This document shows, in pieces, positions 37,301 to 49,565 of a DNA stretch of 64,000 nt. The stretch covers positions 1,868,420 to 1,932,419 of the forward strand of contig NW_018406672.1 of the NCBI RefSeq assembly GCF_002113885.1. The letters run 5' to 3'. The translations under genes and the position numbers were made by a program. Each line of letters begins with the position of its first letter. Positions within the stretch are counted from its first letter, which is position 1. Under the pieces are notes generated by a model. That model saw only the letters and a program-made list of their open reading frames with translations. It had not been told where the DNA came from and searched no databases. Source of the DNA: Mizuhopecten yessoensis (lineage: Eukaryota).

Positions 37301-40300
37301 GTCGTCCGTCCGTCATCCGTCCGTGTCCGTCAACTTTTCCTTTAAACAACTTCTTCTGAAGAACGGACAAGCCTAGAGTCATGATATTTGGCTGAAAGCT
37401 TTGTTGGTAGGAGCCCTACAAAGTTTGAGAACGAAAATGACCTTGACCTACTTTAAAGGTCACAGGGGTCAAATATGTCAAAAACTTCAAACGACTTCTT
37501 CTGAAGAACTAAAAGGTATAGAATCTTCATATTTGGCTGATGGCTTCCTGGGATGGAGCTTAACAAAGTNNNNNNNNNNNNNNNNNNNNNNNNNNNNNNN
37601 NNNNNNNNNNNNNNNNNNNNNNNNNNNNNNNNNNNNNNNNNNNNNNNNNNNNNNNNNNNNNNNNNNNNNNNNNNNNNNNNNNNNNNNNNNNNNNNNNNNN
37701 NNNNNNNNNNNNNNNNNNNNNNNNNNNNNNNNNNNNNNNNNNNNNNNNNNNNNNNNNNNNNNNNNNNNNNNNNNNNNNNNNAATGACATTGACCTACTTA
37801 CAAGGTCACAGGGAAAAATATGTCAAGCAACTTCTGAAGAATCAAAAAGCGTAGAATCTTGTAATAATATTTTGCTGGTAGTTTCAACAGATGGAGCCAA
37901 CAAAGTTTGCGAGGGAAATATTTTTAGTGCAATATAATATTTAATGAGAATATTTTGCTATGACTGCTTAAATATTCAGGTGAGCGATACAGGCCCTCTT
38001 GGGCCTCTTGTTTTTTTAAATCTGCACCAAACAGCATTAGATTTTTGCATAAAATAGAGTTATTCCCAGTGCAAAACCTGTCTGATCATAAATGACTCCT
38101 GCTCACAGAAGAAACTTAAAGAACTTTATCGAAAGCAAACAGGATGATGTTAAGGTAAAGTGCATGGTGTGTATTTGTTTTGAAGTGGATGACCGCTGGT
38201 CGAGGGATTGTCCACTGTGAGATGCCCCACGGCACCGAGGAGGTGCATGGCCTACAACTGTGGGTTAATCTAGCCAGCAAGGACAAGATGATTGAGCCAG
38301 CCTATCAGGAACTCCTGGACAAAGACATTCCACGGGTCACTAAGGACAATACCACTGTCAAGGTCATCGCTGGGGAATCCCAGGGTGTTGAGGTCAGTTT
38401 GTGTGATAGTAGTGGGTACAATATCCTGCTATTTATATTTACACATGAAAGAAGAAACTGTTTTCCCCACTATAATGTAGGTCTGCGACTGTACTTGTTT
38501 GTATCTGGTCAAATCCTTACCAACAGTTTGACATGCATTGAAATTTTTGAAATTGCAAATGTACTCAGACAAATCCAGATTTTTTCTGTTGTGATGAATT
38601 TGCAGTTTCCAGATTGTTGGGTATCCCTTGTTTCTTTACTACGTGGGTGTAATACTGTTTTGCTGTTATATGAAAGTTGCTGATCTACCAGTTTGTGGAA
38701 AATGGAAAATAAAACTGCCACAAAAATGGCCTAGATTCATTCAAAGCCTATAAATTATTTAACACCAGGGTTTTCTGTAGGGAGATTCTTAAACATTTTG
38801 TCGACAATGATTAGAAGGAGTGGGAATGGGAAAAGTGCTGTATTGTGTGGTCTGTGAGTCATTAGTAATCAATAAGGAAGGTTCAGTTCTTTACTGAACG
38901 AAGAATATGATGGTTAAGTCAGTTTTACTAAATCTCATCCCCTTCACTGTTTAATGGGGCCGCGGTGGTCAAGTAGTTAAGGCGTCCGACATTCTGCTAC
39001 CACTAGCCTTCCACCACTGGGTCGCGGGTTCGAAGCCTACGTGGGGCAGTGGCCAGGTACATGTACTGGCCATAGGTCGGTGTTTGTTCTGTGGGAACTC
39101 TGGCTTTCCTCCACCACCAAACCACCATAGCTGTTAATAGGATGTAAAAAACATACAAACCAAATTCACTGTTTCAAATTGTTAGAAGAAATGTCACGGC
39201 CACTAGATTGTGAACGTAAGAAATGTCACGGCCACTAGATTGTGAACGTAAGAAATGTCACAGCCACTAGATTGTGAACGTAAGAAATTTCACGGCCACT
39301 AGATTGTGAACGTAAGAAATGTCACGGCCACTAGATTGTGAACGTAACTCTTTTTGTTTTAGTCACCAATGCTGACCAGGACACCAACAATATATTTAGA
39401 CTTCAAGATGCAGAAAGACGGCAAACTGGTTCAGCCAATCAAGAAGGGCTGGAATACTTTTGTTTATATACTTAGCGGTAAAGCCACGTTTGGTAAGTGT
39501 CGGCTACATTTTACATTTAAAGTCTGAAATTCTGCCTGGGCTCAACCTAACATACACTTAAACATTAACTATTAAAACAGGCTGGTAACCTCAACATTTT
39601 ATTTGTTAAATCATAGCTCAACTCTCCTTAGGAGGGAGACTCCATCACTTTGACCAATCTCCCTCGAAACTCCCTCATTCAAGTCCAAACTCACACGAAC
39701 TCAAAAACTACATCCTGTGGCCAAATGAACTCCTGGTTACTGCAGGGTGTGTGTAATAATCATAACAAGTGTGTCTGAATCAAATGAATGCTCTTTGGAG
39801 TTATTTTGATACATAAAAGGTGAGAGATAAATTGAGCAAAGCAATTTCAGTCACATTTCATGCATTTTGTCCCTCATTGGAAATGTGGAATGAGGGAGAT
39901 CTCCCTCACTGGGGGTTTCAGAGATTGACACCTACTTTGTATGTTGTATTATCTAAATCTCATGAAAAAATATTGAAACCGTTGTTTGCATGTTAAGGCA
40001 AGGATATTTCAGACATATGACCGGTAATGTTTTTAGGCTCCACAACAGTATTGTTACTGTGCTTTGAAGACTTGGTAATAAAGACTGGATTCTATGTATG
40101 TGGTATATGAATACCACTAATTCTACTAATACACGTCTGCTGTAAGAATGTTAATGCAAGGGGTTTAAATTTGGAAATTAACACTCCCCAAAATAAAGTA
40201 TATTGAAAGTTTATTGCACTTGCACAAAAAGATGAAAAAAAATATTAATATATTTGCCGAATATGATAGGTATAAAGTTGAAGGTAAATGACCAAACAAT

Positions 40301-42634
40301 GATGTACTATTGGTTTACCAAGTAATATAAATAAAAAACACTTAAGGATCCCCATAACACTGCGTAACACTGCAAAAATCTGTAACTATGAAAGGGAAAA
40401 TTTCCTTCCCCCATGATGATAAATCATTTCTAAAAAGAAATTTTGCTGATCTTTTATGAACAATGTGAAGATGGATACATATAAAATGTAGGGCCTGTTC
40501 AAAAACAAAATCAACAACAGTGTTCAGTATGAAAACTTTCAGGGGAATCTTTTAGAATTTTTGCCTGAAATTGGACAGTGATCCCTAATCTGTTCAAATA
40601 GTTGGTTTCCACTATAATTTTGTACGGAAAAAATATTTTGCCAACACAAAATACAATAATCTTGTAACCCAAATACAACAGAAGCTTGTTAAATTATTAG
40701 ATAATCCTGAAATCACACTTTCTGACTGTATGGTAATAGGGACTAAAGGATTGAGCAGGAAAATTATTTTGTCCAGACTCCTGCATTTGTAAGAGTTTTA
40801 CTGTATTTACAAACATTATACTTACATTTTCAATTGTTTCTTTTTTATGTAGGACCTGAAGGGAAACAGACCGAGGGATGCCCACATCATGCCCTCATTC
40901 TCAGTGAGGAGGGCGACAACTTAGTCGCTGTAAACAAGGTAAATCTCGACCCTGTAAAACTAAACTGGTTCGTGATCAGAGTTGTGCGAGTATTTGTGCT
41001 GTCTTACTTTTAAATTTTCATATTTATTAGTTCATCTGTCATGACGTGCCAGGTAAAGATATGTCACAAATTTTAACTTGTGCTATTAAATTTGTTTAAG
41101 CGAATGTCCTTGGCCTATACTTTCAAGGTTGCATGGGTGTACACCAAAAAATGCTTAAAACTTTGAACAACTTAACCCAACTGTTCATTCGAAGTTGTAT
41201 TAAAAGTCAAATTGTGTTTAATGATTTATTTTAATACAAACAAAATAATTACTGATTTGGTTGATCCTGTGCGCATGCATGCTTTGATCCCGTCCAGAAC
41301 ACTCATTTGAATATAATGTTGGTGCTATAGATCTGTCATCTCTCTTCATTGTCACATATACAACATTTGCATTTTAAGTTCCACTAGACAGATTTAAACC
41401 AATAATTCCTCTCACGACTTGTACCAAGTGTTACTTGATGCACCATCAGAAATCTATATTGGACGTGACCTCCTGTGATTGGCCGGGATATTTTCACCTT
41501 AACTTCAACAAGAAGTGATAAAAATGTACCTGCAATAAATTTTGTCACTTAGGATTTGTTTCAGGTTGATTTGATGCTATGTGGTGCAGCCCTGTGTATT
41601 TATTTTTTTATTTTTCAGGGACCAGAGGAATGTCATTTTGTGTTAATAGGTGGTCAACCTTTAAATGAACCAGTTGCTACCCACGGTAAGTGTCACTGTA
41701 AACGAGAAATAAAGACTGATCTATTATATATATATATAGGATCTTACATGAGTTTCCATTTCATATGAGATTTATGAAAAGAATCTAAGAAGTTTTAAAT
41801 TAAGCGAGCCTCTAGATCTGGCAAGCTAAAATGAAAAATCTGTGACCAAGTTTCATAAATTCATATGATATGAAATGAAAACAAGTGTAAGATCCTTTTT
41901 ATCACATAATCAAGATTTGAAGAAGGTAACAATCACAACTGCATGAGGATAGGTTTCTTCAATTTATTAAGTACCTGTCGACCGGTTTCCCCCTTTGGTA
42001 GGCTTCTTCAGGAAAAAAAAAAAAAATAACCCCTAAATTACTAAAAATGAGGGGCTCTATTCTATTAATAACATATTTGGCATTATGACGTCATGCCCCG
42101 TACGTTTATAACAAGCGAGATAACTCTTACGCAGTTCTTATCAAGTATTCTCATATTTATCCATGTCCATGTCATCTCGGTAAATCCTTCACGGTCAGTG
42201 TTTAATTCTTTTATACACATCTACAGTTACATATTGTTCTGTTTCTGCTTAACGCTTATTCTAGTTCGTCTAGACAAAGTGTCTCCCCTGGCTGGACCTT
42301 GAAAATGAATGGATGACCATAGCTGTTAATCCTTTCACCCCTATGTTACTTTAGTAGACTCTACTATACCATGCATTTATCAGGATGAGTCCATTATGGT
42401 CTACATTAATGGTGAAATGGTTAATAGGTCTTAAATCACAAACAAACAAACAAACTATAGGACCAATGATGTTTTCACAATAAATATTGATATTCATGTC
42501 TTGATTTATTTTTAGGTCCATTTGTGATGAATACTGAAGATGAGATTCAGCAAGCCATTCTTGACTACAAGCTGAAACAAAAAGGATTCGAGATCGCTAA
42601 AACTTGGAAGTCGGACTATCTAACAAATCGGTGA
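34362..42634 (+). CDS. PIR: Pirin paralogue A, 291 aa; exons 34362-34454, 36100-36192, 36444-36524, 38186-38392, 39363-39492, 40853-40938, 41619-41685, 42516-42634
   Basis: All introns are GT-AG with consistent phases (total 876 nt). Motifs [57 protein letters not shown]; Fe ligands His/His/His/Glu are intact. Confidence 0.93.
34615..35785 (+). mobile_element. Helentron/HINE-type non-autonomous element with ~145-bp internal tandem repeats (5' end missing), intron 1 of pirin A
   Basis: AAACGACTTCTTCTGA recurs at 34749, 34894 and 35182. 3' end CAGGTGAGCAATACAGGCCCTCTGGGCCTCTTGTTT (subterminal IR plus hairpin). Confidence 0.75.
37247..38013 (+). mobile_element. Helentron/HINE-type element of the same family, spanning the assembly gap
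   Basis: TTTTTAGCTCACCTGCCCGAAGGGCAAGTGAGCT, (CGTC)n microsatellite, internal repeats, 3' end CAGGTGAGCGATACAGGCCCTCTTGGGCCTCTTG. Confidence 0.8.
37570..37781. other. Assembly gap (212 N)
   Basis: Run of N inside a tandem-repeat element. Confidence 1.
38956..39164 (+). mobile_element. tRNA-derived V-type SINE with 10-bp TSD
   Basis: GGGGCCGCGGTGGTCAAGTAG (A box), GGTTCGAAGCC (B box); TTCACTGTTT at 38943-38952 and 39165-39174. Confidence 0.8.
39186..39346. repeat. 32-bp tandem repeat, 5 copies
   Basis: AAGAAATGTCACGGCCACTAGATTGTGAACGT x5, ending just before the exon 5 acceptor of pirin A. Confidence 0.95.
41975..42013 (-). ncRNA. Decayed Penelope-type minimal hammerhead ribozyme motif
   Basis: Minus strand CTGAAGA-A-GCCT-ACCAAA-GGGG-GAAA-CCGG-TC, followed by AATAAA. 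The stem II closing pair is a G-G mismatch. Confidence 0.45.
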
Positions 42635-42769
42635 CGTTTCGTCATTTGATAGTGTGTAATGTTTAGAAAGGATTATTACCGTGATATGTACGTGGAATGT
42701 GCTTCGGAATGCTGTACTGGGTTGGATGATATAATGTTGACTTATATGAGTGTGCTACAAGGTAATTAA

Positions 42770-42852
42770 CCCTTTCACCCCTATGTAACTTTAGTAAACT
42801 CTTCCATGCATTGATAGGGATGAGTCTATTATGGTCTACAGTGGTGAAAGGG
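42770..42852. mobile_element. 83-bp TTAA-flanked (piggyBac-type) MITE; other copies at ~36220-36303, 42330-42420, 46090-46180 and 58897-58979
   Basis: TTAA-CCCTTTCACC ... GGTGAAAGGG-TTAA. Confidence 0.75.
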
Positions 42853-43249
42853 TTAACCTTCATATGGGTCAATGTCACAGTTACAAGTAATTAACTATCA
42901 AGTGTAATGCTTCAATGACGTCTTTTTGAGGTTCCAGAAATTTAGTTTTTTGGTATATGTCACGTGTCAAAACGTAGATAATATTCTGAGAAATTTATAG
43001 CGTTTCAATTTTTATATGGCCATCAAAAATGGAGCATATTATATGTTATTGGACATTATTGTAGAATATAGTTTTTGAGTAAGACAAAGAGTGAATTTAA
43101 AATTCAGAAATATTGTTGCTCTGCAAATTACACTCTGAAACTGAATCGGAGACCTACACAGACACATATACCCTAAGTAGTCAGATAGATATGCTCTGGT
43201 CAGTCGCTTTCAAACCAGTTTCAACCAAAACGGGAAACACCACGGTTTC

Positions 43250-43625
43250 CGCTGCTTGAATATTAATTTCATGATGAAAATTATACAGCATCCTGAGCCT
43301 CCTTTTTAACATCAAGTGATAGCTAAAGGAGAAGACGAGGGGCCCACAGAATCAACTAAATTCACACCAGCAAAAATCTATATATAAACACTCGTTCTTC
43401 CCCAGGACTATTGTAAATTGGAATTCCCTACCAAGTTATCTAGCACAGGAGCAAAACCTAAACTCATTAGGTGTGCCCTTGCTAGTTTCAACTTACCCTA
43501 AATTATTTCCTGTTTTTATCTTATAGTGAAAAATACCAAAACACTTTGTTTTTTAATGTCGCCTCCTAGGACAATATGCACTCAAACCTTTGAGTCTGAT
43601 CCTTAATATGGAAAAAGAAGCAGAA
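43250..43625 (+). mobile_element. 3' remnant of a non-LTR retrotransposon (LINE)
   Basis: 43383-43433 translates as YKHSFFPRTIVNWNSLP, a typical LINE ORF2 C-terminal motif; GAA-rich tail near 43615. Confidence 0.65.
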
Positions 43626-44627
43626 AATGTGTAAAATAACACAGAGGTAATTCAAAGCTGTATACGGTATTTGTCACCCTACATTTATGTAATTAACATT
43701 CAATTGTGACTTTGACCCATGTATTGAAATGCGTAAGTGTAGCTTTTGTAAATCTGTCTCTGTGACCCCGCGTTGGAGCTTAGAAGGCACCGTATACAAG
43801 GTATAATATAATGTTGTATAATTATCAATGTTTTTAAGTGCAAATTGGTAGGTTTATGAATTCTATTTATAGCAATGTATAAAGAAAACTGTCGTAGCCC
43901 TCCATTGTTTGTGGGGACACCCCATCTCTGTGTGTGGTGCCATGATCCTTTAATACCTACCCTGAATGAACCAGCAAGGGCCTATTTGTTTATGCCGAAC
44001 ATTCGGTTTTTCTGTTTTAAAATGCAACATTTTCGGGTATATGCAGGTCTTGCAATGCTTTGTCAAGACTCATCTGAAAACATTATCAGATTAATTAGTC
44101 CGACTTTACTTTAAAAACAAACAACCTTTAGGATCGCGATTAACGAAAGCGGCCCTGTTTACAGATTACACAGGTTCCGTTTTTTGTAGATCATTGGAAC
44201 TAAACTGACATTTATACTTTACAATGGTACAAACTTTATGATGGTGTAATTTTGTAAGATTTCTATCGTTGGAAATAATTTGGCTAGTGAACCATTTTAT
44301 TGACTTGTATTCTGCTTCAGCAGGCTGTAGTATCTAGATTTCATAAGTGATGATATCATGATTTTTGTACTTATGTGTATGTTCACCAGGCAGTAGTTTT
44401 TTTCAAATGATCCACAACTTGCCAAAGTCAGAAATAGCATTATTTTTTGTTTTCCTTTTCCGACTTAGTCAAAGATTAGGTAATACACACAGCAGCTTTA
44501 GTGTATAGGTGGGTGTTTATCCTTACTCTTGCCAAAATATAAAACCTTGTATTTGAAGGATGCTGTATCAATCCTTTAGATTTATTTTGTACTTAGCTCA
44601 GTCTGTTGGTCTCTTTTGAACTAATTA

Positions 44628-45490
44628 TCCCTGTAGTGGTCGTAGCCTACTTTTGAAGTAAGCACCCTGTATAGTAGCTGTAGTCTACTCAAACTTTTGA
44701 AGTAAGCACCCTGTGTAGTGGCTGTTGTCTACTTAAACTTTTGAAGTAAGCACCCTGTATAGTAGCTGTAGTCTACTCAAACTTTCGAAGTAAGCACCCT
44801 GTGTAGTGGCTGTAGTCTACTCAAACTTTTGAAGTAAGCACCATGTGAAGTGACTGAAGTCTACTCAAACTTTTGAAGTAAGCACCCTGTATAGTAGCTG
44901 TAGTCTACTCAAACTTTCGAAATAAGCACCCTGTGTAGTGGCTGTAGTCTACTCAATTTTTTGAAGTAAGCACCCTGTATAGTAGCTGTAGTCTACTCAA
45001 ACTTTCGAAATAAGCACCCTGTGTAGTGGCTGTAGTCTACTCAATTTTTTGAAGTAAGCACCCTGTATAGTAGCTGTAGTCTACTCAAACTTTTGAAGTA
45101 AGTACCCTGTATAGTAGCTGTAGTCTGCTCAAACTTTTGAAGTAAGCACCCTGTGTAGTAGCTGTAGTCTACTCAAACTTTTAAGGTAAGCACCCTGTGT
45201 AGTGGCTGTAGTCTACTCAAACTTTCGAAGTAAGCACCCTGTGTAGTGGCTGTAGTCTACTCAATTTTTTGAAGTAAGCACCCTGTATAGTAGCTGTAGT
45301 CTAGTCAAACTTTTGAAGTAAGCACCCTGTGTAGTGGCTGTAGTCTACTCAAACTTTTGAAGTAAGCACCCTGTGAAGTGACTGAAGTCTTCTCAAACTT
45401 TTGAAGTAAGCACCCTGTGAAGTGACTGAAGTCTACTCAAACTTTTGAAGAAAGCACCCTGTGTAGTTTACTCACACTCTTGAAGCAAGT
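44628..45490. repeat. 44-bp minisatellite, about 19-20 copies
   Basis: GAAGTAAGCACCCTGT(A/G)TAGT(A/G)GCTGTAGTCTACTCAAACTTTT; period 44 (44655, 44699). An isolated unit lies at ~46011-46052. Confidence 0.97.
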
Positions 45491-48054
45491 TTGGCCTTAA
45501 CTCATTCACCCCTGAAGACACATTTGAACTCTTCTAATTCAGAGGTTGGAATAGTTCATTATGAAATTTCAGGGATGAATCAGTTTAAAGCTACCGTATA
45601 ATGGGTCATTTAAGGGGGCTTAAATTTTCGAGATTTTGATCCAAACCTCGAAAATTATATTTACAAGGATTATAATGCAATGTAGACATGTGAAGTAACT
45701 TTAGTTTCATGGCGTTTAAACACGAGACGGGCACTCAGCATATACACTGTCAAATTGAGCCTTATTGAACATGCAACCACAAGTAAGTGTAATTTGTTAA
45801 CAAATCTTCAGAAAAAGTATTAGATGTGCGATATAACCTAATTTTAAACATCACTTCTCTTTATGTAAATGAATCGTCACAACCACGTACGCGCTATTCC
45901 ATGACGCCATTACGGTTATGAAGTTTATCATCACGACTCATTATTTTCACGATCTCTTTATTGACCCGAAAGTATCGTCACCGCAGAAATATCCTGCTAT
46001 ATGTATAATTCTGTGTATCGGCCGTAGCCTACTCGCACTTTTGAAGTAAGTATATGGCCGTGTAGGTCTACAGGCATTAGGTTTGTAAAACTTCACCCTT
46101 TTATCCCTATGTAACTTTGATAAACTCTACCGTGCATTGATATGGATAGGTCCATTATGGTCTGCAGTGGTGAAATAGGGTTAATAACACTTTTATATAA
46201 AATCATGTTTTGTACAAGTTGACAGTTAAGTGTATGTTTCTCTCTGTATTTTTACTTTTGTCACCTCTTGAACACTGTGGGTGGAACAGTTGGGATTTTT
46301 TTTAAAGGGATCAATTTTTTATTGTTGATTTTTTTTCTCTACATAGAAATGTATCGGGTGGCATAAGCTATGTAATTGACAAAGTGACTACAGATATATT
46401 CAATATAGTTGTAAATGATCGGCCAATTCGATAATCAGATACAATCTACATTTTAAGAGCAACTGATGGAACAGTTTGGTTATTGTTTATTATTTTGAAA
46501 ATACGTTTTGTTCAGTAATTTGAGCAAACCTTTTTATCAATAAAAGACTGAGATTATGTTTAAAATATAAAACCTGATATCAGAGTGAAGATGTGAAGAA
46601 GGATGTATGCAAAGGTTGGCTTTGTGTACCTTATAGTGACTTGAGTCTCCAATCAAAACAAGTCCCACCAAATATACCTGTAAACTTCAGTTTGAGCAAT
46701 GTTTAATATTTTGTTATTAAGTTAATACATCTTTTTTGAAGACAATTTCAAAAAGCATAGCAGATGACATACATTTGTATTGTTCACATAATTGAAAATA
46801 AGGCTAATAATTAATTTTTCAAGGGAAATAACTCTGAAACAAATTACAGATGAAAAGCATGAAGTAGCATATATCCTTAAGCTTATATTGGACTACTCGG
46901 TTCAACAATCTGTATATTAAAGATATATCTATAAATTTTCATGCAAAAAATATGAATTGTTTTTGTGAAATTATATCGTTCGTTAAGGATGCTGCACCGT
47001 ACAAAATACAAAAAAAGCATTTAAAAAAAAATATGCACAATCGTTTAATATTTTTAATTCCATACATTTGTACAAGTTTTACTATTACAAAATATATACC
47101 AGACAACATTAATGCATTTCCTGAATATGATATTAAAACCAACCAACTATTGCATGATATTTCATGTTCAGAGTTTGCAAAGCTTAATTGCAGTGAGAAT
47201 TAATCAATTGATAACGAGGTCTGCAACTTTTATTATTATTTTTGTTATGAATTTTACAATTTTTTATTTATAAGATGTCTTTGTAATGCATTTCCCATGT
47301 CATGTTTTTTCTTTCTATTTTTAACTGCGTACATTTTTGTTTAAGCTTGTGTAGCCAGTATACAGCTACAACAAGTCGCTGTCTGTGCATAATGCTAATT
47401 ATAACCGTTCATGATACTCTGAAATTCTAGGAGTCCTAGCTAGCTTTTTGTGTTTGTATAGCCCACGTTTCCTCTGGCACCGACACCAGACTATCTATGG
47501 GTGTCATAATATGCCAAGAGTGTATCCCGATATATTGGCATAGGAAGGATGTGCTCAATTTTATAATAAGTTGTTGTCAGAATGTTATCAAACTTAATCA
47601 TATATAATATAATATGGATTACATAGATTTAAGATTTTTGTCAAACCAACCATCGATTACAAAATTTGAATTATTAAAAGCCTTCTTTATGCTTATTGGC
47701 ATATATCTGTTAGAATTTGTAGTAATTTGCAAAGTTAAAACACCAAGCAGATACATAAAAATATGCTTTTGAAAAATATTGCAATACAGCAATATTTCAT
47801 CTCTGTATTGTGGTACGATACGATATACCTGTGTATTGCGATATACCTGTTTTCCGATATATTGTGACAGCCCTATACATCTATCTGTTAAAATGTCTTA
47901 AAAGTCTTGTATCAGGGCGAGAGGAATCTCCGGCTAATGTTTGTGTTGCCATTAGGCTGAATATAATGTGTATTTCAGGTTTCTAGTGTCCAAACCCTTT
48001 GTAAAGTCTTCATCCTTGATATTGTTCATTGTAACGATATGCTTTTCTGGAAAC

Positions 48055-48279
48055 TTGGTTTGGTTTGTTAGTGTTTTACGTCCTATTAATAGCTATGATC
48101 ATTTAAGGACGTGCCAGGTTTTGGTGGTGGAGAAAGCCGGAGTTCCCAGAGAAAAAAACACCGACCTACGGTAAGTTCCTGGTGACTGCCCCACGTAGGT
48201 CTTGAACCAGCGACCCAGTGTTGGAGGGCTAGTGGTAGCAGAATATCAGACGCCTTAACCACTTGGCAATCGCGGCCCC
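48055..48279 (-). mobile_element. Full-length tRNA-derived V-type SINE with 11-bp TSD
   Basis: Same family as 38956-39164; TTTCTGGAAAC at 48044-48054 and 48280-48290. Confidence 0.85.
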
Positions 48280-49139
48280 TTTCTGGAAACAAATGTTTTC
48301 GTTTTTACATTTTGTCTAATCACAGTGTACCTACCTTTACCGGATTTGACATTTTGAAAGAAAACCTGAGACATGGCATTGTTTCATCGGCTATTTTTTT
48401 AATTTTTTTAGAGTTTAGAGTTTGTCACATGTAATGATAGTTGCTAGTATATTCCTACCCGTGCCAGCCCCCCTATTGTTTTACTGGTGTAATGCCATGA
48501 CGCCTGTTGTATGCGAGGACATGTACTTATAAGTCGCAGCCTCAGAAGGACTTGTAACCTTTATATGTTACAGGATTAACTATTATTGTTGTGTTGCTAA
48601 ATAAAATATACAGTTAAATGTAGCTTGTGTTTATAGTTGTATTTTAGAGACCATATCATATGGAGCAGAAGGGCAAAGCCTTATGTTTGGTAACTTGAGA
48701 ATCTTCCCCCATCAGGTTGAGATTCCCCTATCTCAGCCCCAAGGGGGTGATCATGAGGGATTCTCTTACTAGTCTTTTGAATTCCAAGGTTAGGACCATA
48801 ACTTCCACGGTCTATTTTTAGTAACAGTGACCTTGACCTTAGAATTTTTTCTTAACCCTTATTACACATCACCATTTAACAGTGAATCATCAAAATTAAT
48901 CAATATTTGTTAATTTGAATAAGAAAAGTAATCATTAAACAAAAGGCATTTGAAATAGATCTGCAAGTATCTTGCACAGTAAAATGATTTAGTATTAAAG
49001 GAATAAACTTAATGTAACTTGAAGGGGGGGGGGGGGGGGCTTGGTGAATAACCCCATACCCCCACTTTGATTGACCAGGAATTGGTGGGAGCGAGGGGCA
49101 TGTGGATTGGAAGAATCAAGTGAAGAGTTTATATGCTGC

Positions 49140-49565
49140 AAGTCACACGTTGCGTAAGTCAGAGGTCACAGTGACCTACATATGGTATGCGACACACTGC
49201 CTTCCATGCATGTACCCACAAACCAAGATTCATAACCGTAGGTGAAATAGTACGGGAGATATGCTCCGGAAACCTTATGGACGACATTATGTAGGTCTGA
49301 GGTAACAGTGACCTACATTTGGTATGCGACACACTGCCTTCCATGCATGTACCCATAATAAACCAAGATTCATAACCGTAGGTGAAATAGTATGGAAGAT
49401 ATGCTCCAAAAACCTTCTGGCGACATTATGTAGGTCAGAGGTCACGAGATTCATAACCGTATGTGAAATAAGTACGGGAGATATGCTCCGGAAACCTTTC
49501 GGATGGACGGACGGACGAACCATACACTATATACCGCCGACTTCGTCGAAGCGGAAGTATAATAA
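49140..49565 (-). mobile_element. HINE-like element with ~137-bp internal repeat
   Basis: Duplicated GTATGCGACACACTGCCTTCCATGC block, (GGAC)n microsatellite and terminal hairpin CCGCCGACTTCGTCGAAGCGG. Confidence 0.55.

Noticed and set aside
38393-38683. C-terminal half of the 167-aa ORF
   Set aside because: Read-through into the intron past the donor at 38393.
42632-42649. Selenocysteine or readthrough at the pirin A TGA
   Set aside because: The stop is at the expected C-terminus, another stop follows four codons later, and I saw no SECIS.
44628-45490. CRISPR-like appearance of the 44-, 53- and 32-bp arrays
   Set aside because: Units are contiguous with no unique spacers, there are no cas genes and the DNA is eukaryotic.
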